Below are positions 13,367 to 24,519 of a stretch of DNA of 64,000 bases, piece after piece. Every line of letters starts with the position of its first letter. The first letter of the stretch is position 1. The position numbers were made by a program, and so were the translations under genes. Source of the DNA: Harriotta raleighana (taxonomy: Eukaryota). The notes below the pieces were generated by a model. The model was given only the letters and a program-made list of their open reading frames with translations, ran no database searches and was not told the origin of the DNA. Location of the stretch: the NCBI GenBank assembly GCA_050575255.1, contig JBNZDD010013638.1, positions 1,991,767 through 2,055,766 of the forward strand. The letters run 5' to 3'.

Positions 13367-13520
13367 ATTGTTAAGATTGTATTACAGGACGTCACGTCAT
13401 AAATATAAGGAGCAGGGTTTTATAAGTGAGGATCTACAAATGGATCTACTGGGAGACAGGGAGGCGGAGGAGGACACAGATGATGGACTAGCAAAGTTTA
13501 GTGCAGTAAAGTGTACTCAC

Positions 13521-13616
13521 GTTGTCCACAATGTGTTCCAATATATCCTTTCTGGCACTGGCACTGGTCCTCTGCGCAGCTCCCTCCATTCATGCATCTG
13601 ATGTTACATTGTTGAA
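13521..13616 (-). CDS. fbn2: Fibrillin coding exon 4 (EGF-like 2)
   Basis: 96 nt, ttttacAG|...|GTGAG. Encodes [32 protein letters not shown]. Not in the ORF track; read manually. Confidence 0.97.
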
Positions 13617-14605
13617 CTGTAAAAGAAACAAGCCAGTCATATTTACAGCAGTAACAACAACAAGAAAATTACATTTGTATATAGCTATCATGTCGGGAGG
13701 ATGTACCAATGCGCTGGACAGTCAATGTTTCAGACCTGAGCTGTGATCAGGATCAGAGAGAGTGGAGGGAAAGTAAGAGATTTGGGATGACCAATGGGAT
13801 TATCAAAGAGGAGGGTTGGAAGTGGGATTTAAAGGAGGCTATGGAGGTGGGCGAGGTAGAGGGACTGCAGATAGACAGTTGTAGCCATAAATACGCTGAG
13901 AGAAAAAAAGCAATAATTTTAGTTTGATAAAAAGCAACATTGTGGGCATTATCTTAAAATGTGAACCAGATAACAGTACAAGATATCCCCATCATGACAC
14001 AGCTGGGGGTCCATAAAGTTAATAATCTTTGTTATCCTCAGCGCTCATGATACAGAGGCTGTTCCCGGGTTTCCAAGCTCACCACTGATGTAACTGATCC
14101 CTTTCGTTTGATCAGCAGGGTGTGCGACACATGCAGAAACCATTCAACATCCTTAAAGAGTGTCCAAATCAGATGAGAACTTCCATGTGTGTATGATACC
14201 TTCATATGGAAATGTCCCCTTGTCTGAAATGGAATTTGCATTCTCTCCCCTGCTTACCCACTTCAAGAGGACTATTAGGTACAAGCTAGCAAGAGCCAAA
14301 GCTTGGGGACCCCAAAGTCCATATTGGGGTACTGCTAGAGTTCAACCAGCGAAAACTGCATAGTTTGTCTTTGAGAGCACTCTCTGGCCTGCTTGAATAC
14401 CTAGGACCATGCTGACTGTTATTGTTGGCTTCCAGGGATTAGATGTCAATTTGCATAGTGCCCTTTGCATGGGGCAGCATCTTGCTGCAAGGAGCCAAGT
14501 GGAGCCCTGGGTAGTTTACACACGCTATCAAGCTGGGAAGCTCACCTCCACCTCTAACTCACCATGTTATCATGTTATATCTGAACCCATGGTATACTTT
14601 GGTGT

Positions 14606-14817
14606 AACAAAAACAGAAGTTGCTGGGAAAACTCAGCAGGTCAGGCAGCATCCATGGAAAAAGGAAAATGAGTCAACGTTTCAGGTCCACATCCCTTCGC
14701 AGTTCTGACGAACTGACTCACTTTCCTTTCTCCATGGATGCTGCCTGACCTGCTGAGTTTTCCCAGCAACTTCTGTTTTTGTTTCAGATTTCCAGCATCT
14801 GTAGTATTTTGTGTTTT
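14606..14817. mobile_element. Foldback element with 70 bp inverted repeat (Penelope-like end, hammerhead remnant)
   Basis: Arms 14606-14675 and 14714-14783 differ at 2 positions. Flanked by GTATACTTT at 14592-14600 and 14818-14826. Confidence 0.8.
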
Positions 14818-14999
14818 GTATACTTTAGCGCGTTGCCACAAGGCTGGATTGCACTAATTGTTTAATTCAATGTAATCCTGTTATTACAGAAGATTTAGGA
14901 TTGCACATTTTCAAATTCACAAATCTTTAGGTTCATTAATAAGATAAAGGAACCTTGGAGTTTTGTTTCACCCTCAACTGTCCTTTCTCCCCACATCTG

Positions 15000-15272
15000 T
15001 GTCGTGACTGGCTCTGACATCCCCCACCTCCATAACATCGCTCAGCTCTGCCACTTTCTCCTGATTCAGACCCTCATCCACACGTTAATCAAAACCACAC
15101 CAATTCTCTACTTGTCAACCTTCCCAACCCTTTCCCCCTCAACCTGCAAGTCATCCAGAACTCTGCAGCTTGTATCCTCTCCCACACTAAGCTCTGTGAC
15201 CCCCATTAGCCCTACTCTCTTCCGGCTCCACGGGCTCCCCATCCCCCAGAGGATATATTTCAAAATACTTTG
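15000..15272 (+). mobile_element. L2 LINE internal fragment ~60 bp from the exon 3 donor
   Basis: ctgcaagtcatccagaactctgcagct...ctccacgggctccccatcccccagaggata, homologous to the other L2 copies. Confidence 0.75.
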
Positions 15273-15329
15273 CCATGGCAGCAACAGAAATTCCAGCTGA
15301 TAAAGAGTTGACTTGTTCTGCAAACTTAC

Positions 15330-15428
15330 TGGATTTAGTTCCACAAGTAGGTGAGATATGTCCATTGGAGCAAGTGCACATGTTGGGACGTGAACAGAAT
15401 CCATCACCACAGATATTGCGGCAAATAG
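15330..15428 (-). CDS. fbn2: Fibrillin coding exon 3 (EGF-like 1)
   Basis: 99 nt, ctgcAG|...|GTAAG. Encodes [33 protein letters not shown]. Confidence 0.97.
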
Positions 15429-17855
15429 CTGCAGGCAAAAAACAGGATTGTCCATTATCAACAGAGTATAAAATAGGTTTCATTTATTTTCAGTGAGAAG
15501 AGTTATTAAGTCTGATCAGGTCATTAATCTCTACCATGCCCCATTAACAGAAGTGCTCTAAGAATTATAGACTCCTAGAAATTACAGCATAAGAGGATGC
15601 CATTCTGCCTTATGAGATAATGGCATGGAACATTTAGAGCCAACCTCAGTTTAACATTTTATTCGAATGATGGCATTTCCGAGAATGCATACAAAAGGAT
15701 ATTGGGAATAGGCATAAGAATTGGACTAAATCGATAGTTCTTTCAAAGAGCCAACACAGGGATGGTGACCAAATGACCTCCTACAGTGCCTTTGTTTCAT
15801 GTTTCTAGTTCCTCTATCAAGGTATCAGTTTGGATTTTGAGATGAATCCTCACTGATGTGTGGCTTGAATGCACAAGCTTCTGGTACAAAGGCAAGAAGG
15901 CTATCAACTGAGCTAAGCTTACACCGTTCAACAAATAGTCATCATTTGGACTTGTTGAATGGAACACTGTTATTCTCTTCCACCTGGATTGGATGTTATT
16001 AAAGTAAAAAACTGAAATATTCACAGGAAATTAAAAGAAAAAAACAGAAAATGTTCACTCTCCAAACACAGAGCATATATAATGAAAAGCCCTCTGACTT
16101 TGAGCTGAACTCTGCACTTCAAACCAACACCTTCCACTGCCCTGGTGGGATTTTTTCATTTCCTCTCTCCCTCGCTCAGTGACCTTGATGATAATTTAGC
16201 ACCAATTCTATGGTTTTCTCTACGGACCTAGGCAAACTCTGAGCTGGAATGAGCATTTTCAAACTTGCTTCAAACCCACAAACATCAGAGAGACAAGTAT
16301 CTTATATTTCATCTGCCTCAACTGCATTGGCAATACGCAGCATATAATACATTGGCCCAGTGCCCTCTTTCCCCACTAGTTAAGTGTTTATATCATTTTT
16401 ATTTATTATAATAATATTTCCTTTACAGTGTTTTTTAAACATAGTATCCGTTTATTTCCAAACGTAAACAGAAAAGGTCATAGAGTGAAGAGAAAGTTTA
16501 GGCTGCAACTTTATAAATTGTCGAAAATAACTTCCTTCAGATACAATGTTAAAATTGAGGTCCTGTCTGCCTGTTTCTCATGTGAGCTACAAAAAACCTC
16601 TTGTACCTTTTTTTGAAAGGGCGAGGGAATTTCTCCCAGTGGAGTGGTCAATAATCCTGCAGAATAATTGAGCGGACACCTCATTAGAGTTTGTTGTGAA
16701 GCCTTGGGTGATCCAAATAGCTGTGATAACTGTGAAGCGCTCTTCAACAAGATTCAAAATTTAACTACTAATCTTGGCATTGTGCTTTCTGCTGCAACAT
16801 CTCTATTTTGCTCAATATTGCTGTACAGCTGGAAAGGAAGGAGTTTTGCTCCCACTGGTACAAACATAGATCGGCTTCAAACTGATTCCAAAGAATGTTT
16901 TCTAGCCAGTTGAGTCTTTTGTCTTTTTCAACCTGGTGAAATCATTGAAAGTCCAGGTCAACTTTTTTTTTGACAAGTGAATATTGAAAAATATTCAGTG
17001 AATGTCAGTGGCCAATGGAACGACCCACCTTGTTGCTACACAGTAAGGATTGATACAAACAGAAAATACCGTAATAATCTTTCCGGTTTTTTTTAGCACG
17101 TCTCACATCGGGAAGACATCTCACCACGCTTTATAGGATGTACTGTAATGTGTGTTTGGGCCAGCAAAATTAGGTATTCTTATCAGGTATTTAACTTATT
17201 CAGGTCTGATGTTTCTACAGTTTACAATGGAGATTTATTCTGGAACCTGTAGAACACATGTTATATAGAGAAGCTTGTAATGAGAGAACTTGTATTAATG
17301 AAGATGCATTGTATTTCTCCTTTAATATTTATTAAGCTCACAGTAATAAGGTTGGACTTTAACACCAGTCAAGTGAGAAACGCTCATGGGGTTTGCACTT
17401 CCACTGAACAGCATTCCATCTCCTCGCTTAACATAGTTTGCTAATGAGATTCACAATCTGATGCCTCAGTGTTCAGATTTCAGTCTGGGTTGTCAGTCAT
17501 TGGTCCTTCCTTTGATTCTGATTGACTTTGGTAATGAAAGAGAAAATTTGCTTGCGGCTGCTAGAGCTACAAACAATTTTCCGCCTCCGGCAAGAACTGA
17601 AATTCAAGCCCTGCGGTGAAAATAATGGCTCAAAAAAAATGAAAGCCTTATGCCCGAAAAGATAATATACGGCTTATTTCCCATAACACTTTAAGGTTTC
17701 TTATGTCCAGATGTTTTCTCTCATACAGCCAGCAGCATATGATATTTTATATAAAACATTACCATATGTCTGAATATCATATCACATCACATATTATCAT
17801 ACCCTGCCACACAACCTTAAGACCACATACAGTAATCAAGAGCAATGGCACTTAC

Positions 17856-17938
17856 GGACAATGCATTGGTTTCCACCAGGTAATGTTTTCCAACCTGGGC
17901 AGCAGTATGAATGAAATCGAGATCCACAGACATTTGGC
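17856..17938 (-). CDS. fbn2: Fibrillin coding exon 2 (N-terminal 4-Cys/FUN domain)
   Basis: 83 nt, cattacAG|...|GTAAG. Encodes (G)[27 protein letters not shown], the canonical fibrillin-2 type sequence. Confidence 0.97.
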
Positions 17939-18169
17939 CTGTAATGCACAGATTTCAAATCATAACCATTCAGCAATGATAATACTAGAACAAGAGCAGA
18001 ATAAAATAAGACATTTCTCACATATTAAGTCAAACAAAGGGTCATTGCCAAACACAGTACTTGTTCAGCGCAGATCTCTTTATCTGTTCAAGCATTGGGT
18101 GGAAGGGTTGAAGACATGTCTACACATTTTATTGATATGCCAGCATCTCTATGGATCTACTTGTCTTTG

Positions 18170-18475
18170 CCAAATCCTCTGCTCCACCATCAATGGTCAT
18201 GCTTTCAGACACTACACTTGTCCCCTGAACCCTCCACTCCACCATAGGCGGCCATGCTTTCAGCCACTAAACCCCAAACTTTGGAAATCCCTTCCACAAC
18301 CCCTTCTCCTCACCCCCTCCTTTCCCATCTTCAGGTCGCACCTGAAGTACTTTCTCTTTGACTGCGCTTACGGTCAACTTGCCCCTCCCCCTGGCTCGGC
18401 CTCTGCCATTGTGAAGTACTTTAAGACACCGCCCAGCGAGGGGGGCGCTAAATAAATGCAAGTTGTTGTTGTTTG
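18170..18475 (+). mobile_element. L2 LINE 3' end
   Basis: KLWKSLPQPL..FRSHLKYFLF remnant and gcgctaaataaatgcaagttgttgttgtt tail. Confidence 0.8.
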
Positions 18476-19823
18476 CCATCCTTGGCTACTTGGGAGTTAA
18501 TCCAACCTCACGGAGTAACCAATTAGCTACCCCACCCCAATCCAACTCCAGGGACAAACTGCTTATCTACCCCACCCATTCACCACGGGGGAAAATTTCA
18601 GTCTGGGTACTCATTTGATCAAAACAGAAGGGATTTGATAGTGAGATTTGATAGGAGGACTGAGTGGGCCCACCCATTGCGACGTGAATCCGAAACTTTC
18701 TCATCCAAAACTGGTGTTCAACTGACCGATCTGCCCAGGATGTAGATTAAGTAAAACAAACTTCCAATTTAATTATAAAATCCCCATAAAATTAGCACAG
18801 TCTGAGTATATAGACAGATATAGTTACTCACAAATTGCTTTCTATGGCACAGGCAACGTGCTCAACAAATGGAAACTTGCCCCTTTAATGCATCAGGGAA
18901 TAGTTATCAATACCTATTTTCTGACAAATCTCTAACCGTGTGACCCTCCTGCAATCTGTATGCAGGAGATGCTAACTTATTTGTCCTTATTTAAAATAAA
19001 AATACTAAAGTTAATAAATTTTCCTCTGGAGGGATTCTACGAAATAGACTTTTTTTTCCAAAAAAACTTTGGAAAGTTTTTCCTTCCTAGCAGCCCCCCT
19101 CCACACCACCACAACACACACACCCACTCTTCCCCCAACTCTGAAGTTAGCTCAAACCTATCTAGTGCAGTTGTGCAGTATATTCTGCATTACACTCTCG
19201 ATTAGACACAGGTTCAAATTGCTCGCCTTTTTTCACACAGTATAAGGTTAGTTGCACTGTTAGTTAAAACTGGACTGCTGCTTACTGATAACCATCTCTG
19301 CTTGCTGAAATCACAGCTTTAACTGATCTACTCCAGGTTTTTTGGGGGAGACCCCCACTTAAAGATTTCATTGAAATCACTCGTAAATCTTAGTCTGCAA
19401 CTTTAAGCCACGTTCAAAGTGAATCTTAATTCTTGCTCTGATAAATCCTGCTATAGTATGTCTGCAGGTGATGATCTTAACACCAGAACATTTCTAGACA
19501 AACGTTCTCTCTTTATAAACATTACTCACTCAAATAAAAAAAAGTTTAGTCTCATAAAAAAGGTCTCTTTTACAGTAAAAAATGAAATATTTTACAAATT
19601 GGACTTCACCGTGTGCTCACTGAGTCTGAAAGGGGTGACAGGTCAGCTCGACAATGGAGACATGAACCACTAGAGTTAGGTCAATAATTTCAAGCAGTAG
19701 AATTGACCTAGCTATACAATAGCATAGCACAGATTCAATTCCTCTTCCCTCCAGCACTGAGGAAACTTACACAGCTTGCATGTTAACACTGCACAGAGTA
19801 AAGAGTCTGAGGTTATAATTTGT

Positions 19824-20070
19824 ATAATGATGATGATCCTTGCATTTGATAAGAGCGCCTCATCAGTCAGGCTCCGCCACTGTTAAGCGCTCCGAGACGC
19901 TGCCCTGCGTGGAGGGCGCTAGATAAATGCAAGTTTTCATCGTTCCTATCATGTCTTCGAGACATCTCACAGCGCTCGGCAGAATATACTGTAAAGTGAA
20001 TCGGCTGTATAGTTTGTGGGCGAAACCCAGCAGCCGTCAAAGATAGCGCAGGGCAACGATTTGAAATAAA
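19824..20070 (-). mobile_element. SINE 3' half with a sense L2 tail nested at ~19860-19945
   Basis: atccttgcatttgat...cagaatatactgtaaagtgaa split by gagacgctgccctgcgtggagggcgctagataaatgcaagtt. Confidence 0.7.
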
Positions 20071-20153
20071 TCAAAATGAAAAGCGATGATTTTTTGCTCG
20101 ATGTGGATATGGAAATGGAAATGGGAAGAGATCGATATAAAATCCATAGATAC

Positions 20154-20332
20154 CCTCTCAGCGTGTCATGTCCTCGTCTCCGCACTCTGTTGGTTAAGTC
20201 CCTCAGTTCATCTGGGCTGAATCTTTGGGTTTCAAAGCCTCTAGGATGCTGCTGTCCCATGGATTTCTCCACTACGAACCCCGTTAGTGCCATACATCCC
20301 AGCAGCAACTTCCAACACCACTGTATCCCCAT
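20154..20332 (-). CDS. fbn2: Fibrillin (FBN2/FBN3 clade) coding exon 1: signal peptide and furin propeptide
   Basis: ATG at 20332 in strong Kozak context (aggATGG). Encodes MGIQWCWKLLLGCMALTGFVV...NRVRRRGHDTLRG with a hydrophobic leader and an R-X-R-R furin site. Phase-2 donor GG|GTATCT joins exon 2 in frame. Paralog label (FBN2 vs FBN3) is uncertain. Confidence 0.9.
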
Positions 20333-20950
20333 CCTGGGAAACTCGCTCCTTGCTTGTTTGGCTTGTTTTTTTTTCTCTTTCTCTCTTTCTGTGCAGCTTT
20401 TCTTTCCCCACCCAGATCAGTCCAAAAAGTCTTCAATCACAGCTCAAGACGCCGATCAGCTCAAAGATAGGATTTCTAACTGCATTTGTTCCTGGGAATC
20501 AACTTTTTTTGGGGGGGTTGGGAGGTGAGGAGGGGTGGGAGAGGGGGTGGAAAGGGTGGGGGGGGGAGGGGGGGGTGTGTGGGGGGGGGAAGAAAAGTTT
20601 TGCTCAGTAAAAGTTTTTTGTTTCTTTTCAAGTTTTGTCCCACAGCAGCAAATGAAGTGTGCGTCTCAGTTGTACGTGTGTGGGTATGTGGAGGGAGGGA
20701 GAATGTGCTTTGCAACTAGGGTGTCCTGTGGGGAAGTGGTTAAAGAACAGAGGGGGAGGGAGAGAGGAGATCTGCTGTGAAAGTCTGCTGGACTATATGT
20801 GTGTGTGTGTGTGTATAAAGAGCTGGCGAGCTGACTGATAGAGTGTGGAGCTGCAGGGGGTTTGACTGGCTGCTGTCAGTGGGCAGAGAGCTAGAGAGAC
20901 CAGAGGACCTGCAACACGTAGGGTTAGAGGGGGTGGACTCAACCCTGAGA
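20333..20950 (-). promoter_or_regulatory. Probable fibrillin 5' UTR / proximal promoter
   Basis: TE-free, purine/pyrimidine-skewed sequence directly upstream of the ATG, with G-run cluster 20511-20589 and (TG)n. TSS not determinable. Confidence 0.5.
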
Positions 20951-21184
20951 GGAGGTGCCCAGATCCTTCACTCCAATCATCTCACACCCAGGCATCCCCT
21001 GAGCTCCACTGGGTGGTGGAAAGCAAACAGAGCAACTGAGGATCAATAGCTCAGTGGGGCTCTCTCCTGTTCCTGCTCTGTCTCTCTGCTTCCATTCCAA
21101 GCAAGATTGCTTTACTTGAATGGTTGTGTTTGTGTATATATATATATGTGTGTGTGTGTGAGTGTGTGGATGGGGTAAGGTGAG

Positions 21185-21323
21185 TAATCTCAAATCTCGT
21201 CTGTATCGATGGAAAACTTTTTTTCCTATAAAATTTCTATCTTGATGATAATANTAATCTCAAATCTCGTCTGTATCGATGGAAAACTTTTTTTCCTATA
21301 AAAGTTCTATCTTGATGATAATA
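21185..21323. repeat. 69 bp direct duplication across a single N (21254)
   Basis: 21185-21253 equals 21255-21323 with one mismatch. Confidence 0.9.
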
Positions 21324-21749
21324 ATGATAATAATAATAATAATAAACTGGATGACCACATGCCTGGGTCTCTGGGCATTGTATGAATACCAACCTCTTCA
21401 AACACTTACTGGGTGTTCTGAATAATCCCACTTAAAGTCCCTTTGTAATGGATTGAACTGTATTGCTCTTATTTGTATGCTTTGGTTATTGGTGTACCAG
21501 TACCCACTTACTCGTTTGAAAGCAAGGGATGATTCCCCAAACGTCAGCAAATAATTGATTCTGGCGAGTGAGCACATCCAAATCTCTGCTGTACTGTATT
21601 GTAATGTTACTGACAGCTAAAAACCTCTTCCTCCTCCCCCCAATCCTCCCCCACCAAGATTCGAAACGAAAATGGGGTGAAACTGATTTCCAATTACAGT
21701 ACTCACACTTTACAGAGTCTTTCTTTTCCCCTTTCCCCTCTCGTCCAGG

Positions 21750-22655
21750 GATCAGTGGCTAGAACATTCGCTTTACAAGCCAGAGACCTGGGTTTGATTC
21801 CAGGCAGGGTGAAACCTTGAGCAAGTTTCCTTACTCCACACGCCTAATAATAATCCCTTGGGGGGGAAAAACACAATAATAAATTGGTCATTTTCAATCC
21901 ACGACTATTTGTGGGACACTGCTCTGCGCAATTGGCTGCCGTATGTCATCCACAAATACACAGTCAATTCACTTTGCGGTATATTCTGTCAAGCGCTTTG
22001 AGACATCCAGAAGACGTGAAAAGCGCTAGATCAAATGCAAGGATTATTATCATTAAGAAATTATTAGCAAACTCAGGTCCCTCATCTGCAAGCCGAGTGC
22101 TATTCCTATTGAGCTACAGGACTTCACAAGCAAACCTAATAAAAACCTTGGGCAAATTTTCTCTCTCCGCAAACCTCTACTTGTCAAGCAGTAAGTAGGA
22201 ATCCGGTTGTTAGTCGATTGGCAGATCTCTTTCTCGGGGTAATAGTCCCTCCAAGAAAAATGTGACTCAATCCACGACTGTTTGTGGAATACTGCTGTGC
22301 GCAACTGCCTGCTGCGTTTTCGCCCACAAAATACATAGTCCTGTAGCTCAATCGTTAGAGCACTCGCCGTACAAGCGTGAGACAAGCGTGTGTTTGAATC
22401 TAGGCAGATCAGGGCAAAAACTTGGACAAGTTTCCTTACTCCACACGCCTGATCATAATCCCTCCCAAAAAAACTACAATGATAAAATTGATCATTTTTC
22501 AATCAACGACTGTTTGTTGGACACTGCTGTGTGCAATTGGCTGCTGCGTTTTGCTCACAAATATACAGCAATTCACTTTACAGCATATTCTGTGAAACAC
22601 TTTGAGACGTCTAGAAGACTTGAAAAGCTTTAAATCAAAATTCAAGGATTATTAC
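21750..22655 (+). mobile_element. Three tandem tRNA-SINE copies (21750-22055, 22075-22335 longer variant, 22336-22655)
   Basis: Pol III A/B box-like heads (tagctcaatcgttagagc..gtttgaatc), cttgggcaagtttccttactcc body, tgcaaggattatt tails. Confidence 0.85.
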
Positions 22656-22836
22656 AGTCAAACCACTTTACAATATATTCTGTGATGTGCTTTAAGACGT
22701 CTCAATTTTATTTTCTAAAATTCCATCTTTAGAAATATTCGTTAAAAAGTGCTTTTCTTTCAGCGTTCCGACCTGGGTGTTCTGCTTGCAGTGTGCCACA
22801 CAAATACGAGTTGTTGTTAAAACTAAAAGTACAGGA

Positions 22837-23972
22837 TTATAATAATAATCCTTGCATTTGCAGAATATACTGTAAAATGAATTGACTGTATATTTGTTGG
22901 CAAAACACAGCAGCCAACTGCGCAAGGCACAAACAGTCGTGGATTCAAATGACCAATTTCTTATACAGTAAAACCTTGTTTATCCATGACTTGAATAATC
23001 AGAAAACCCGTTCAACCACCATCTCAAAAAAAAGTCCTGATCCGACTAACCGGACATTATCCGGCGACACTTTGAATGTTGGGTCTAAACTTGTTCCAGG
23101 TCCTTTTAAAAGTCACGCTTTTTTACATTGTTCGAGTTTAGACCCGACATTCAACGCGTCGCTGGATAATTTCTGCCTGTCGTTGGGAAGTTAAGTACTG
23201 TATACATAATAAATACTGCTGCAGGTAGCAGCCAGAGAGAAGGGGTGGGGGGGGGCGCAGGATGGAGGGGAGGAAACGGAGAGAGAGGCGAGGGAATGGA
23301 GAGAAAGAGAGAGGGTGGGGGTAATGAGATATGGGGAAAGAGAGAGAGAGATAGGGGAAAGCATAATGGAGTGAGAGAGAGAGAGAAATGGCAAGTAGGT
23401 TGATGCAAAGAGAGAGAGAGGGAGGGAGAGAGAGGAAAGAGGCAGAGTGAGATTTGTAGACAGAATTTATATGATGGATTTAGACTGAATATCTTTGAGG
23501 GTCTGTGTATGTGTATGTCTGTCTGTCTGTCTGTGTGTGTGTGTGTCTGTCTGTGTGTGTGTGTCTGTGTGTGTGCTGGCCGTTAGGTCTAACTCGTTGC
23601 TTTTTAAAGTCATGTTTTTTACCTCCCGTCAAATCAGTGCGATTGCGAAGTTAAGTACAAATAATAGAATATTCTGTTATTATTTAGTCCATTATTAATA
23701 TAGTATGTGTTAAAATAAATGTAATTTATTTTTGAAAACATTATATTTAGAAAAAAAAATTAAAAATCTGTTCAATCGGAAAAAACGTTTAACCGCCACT
23801 GGCCAGGTCCCATGGGTGCCGGATAAATGGGGTTTTACTGTAGTTCTTTTGGTGGATTATTATTAGGCATGTGGAGTAGGAAACTTGCCCAAGTTTTCGC
23901 CCTGACTGGATTTGAACATAGGTCTCACAAGATCTTGTAAGGCGAGTGCTCTAACCACTGAGCTACAGGACT
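22837..23972 (-). mobile_element. tRNA-SINE split by a MITE (SINE parts 22837-22965 and 23841-23972)
   Basis: The two parts join into one colinear SINE ending in head gagtcctgtagctcagtggttagagcactcgccttacaag. Confidence 0.85.
22966..23840. mobile_element. Tc1/mariner (pogo/Tigger-like) MITE, 875 bp
   Basis: TIRs CAGTAAAACCTTGTTTATCC / GGATAAATGGGGTTTTACTG, TA on both sides, no ORF, internal (GA)n/(GT)n. Confidence 0.88.
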
Positions 23973-24519
23973 CCACTTGTGCGATGCAGTATTATCAAAC
24001 AACAATACCTGAAATGTTACATACTACAGTATATTATTCTTTGCATTTGGCACATTTATTATTCAGTTACACAGTAAAAGATCATATCTATTCCTTTGTT
24101 AGCATTACAATTTGCTATTGATGTTTTAGAGAGCGAATTACATCAGTGGCGTTTTGGGGAAGGCTGATTGATTCTCTAGAAAAGAGCACTTTTCATGGAA
24201 CCTATGTCATTTGCAGGTAGTGGGTGCTTGTTCAAGAAATTGCCCTTCCCCCACTACCCTAAACAGGAAAATAGGATTGAAACAATGTGTAAAGCACATG
24301 TGGCTTGTTATATCAACACAGAAAATCTGCTGTCCTGACCATAAAACACTTCTATTACACTACAGAAAAAATAACAAGAGCTGTCAATAACACTTCGACC
24401 ACCCTCACCTTTACTTTAACAGATTTTTTCCCCGCATGCCGTTCCATGCTAGTCTGCACAACCCTGTCTGACTCAAACCTTCCTTTCCCTCCACTCACTT
24501 TACAGATAAGCTCAACTGT

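Noticed and set aside
17703-18455. 250 aa + strand ORF
   Set aside because: Antisense to fibrillin exon 2 and runs into an L2 tail; no recognisable domain.
19967-20153. C-terminal half of the 121 aa ORF as coding
   Set aside because: Fibrillin homology stops at the GT donor; the remainder is intron and SINE.
23925-23972. tRNA gene (TAC anticodon-like loop)
   Set aside because: It is a SINE head, repeated many times and lacking a complete acceptor stem.
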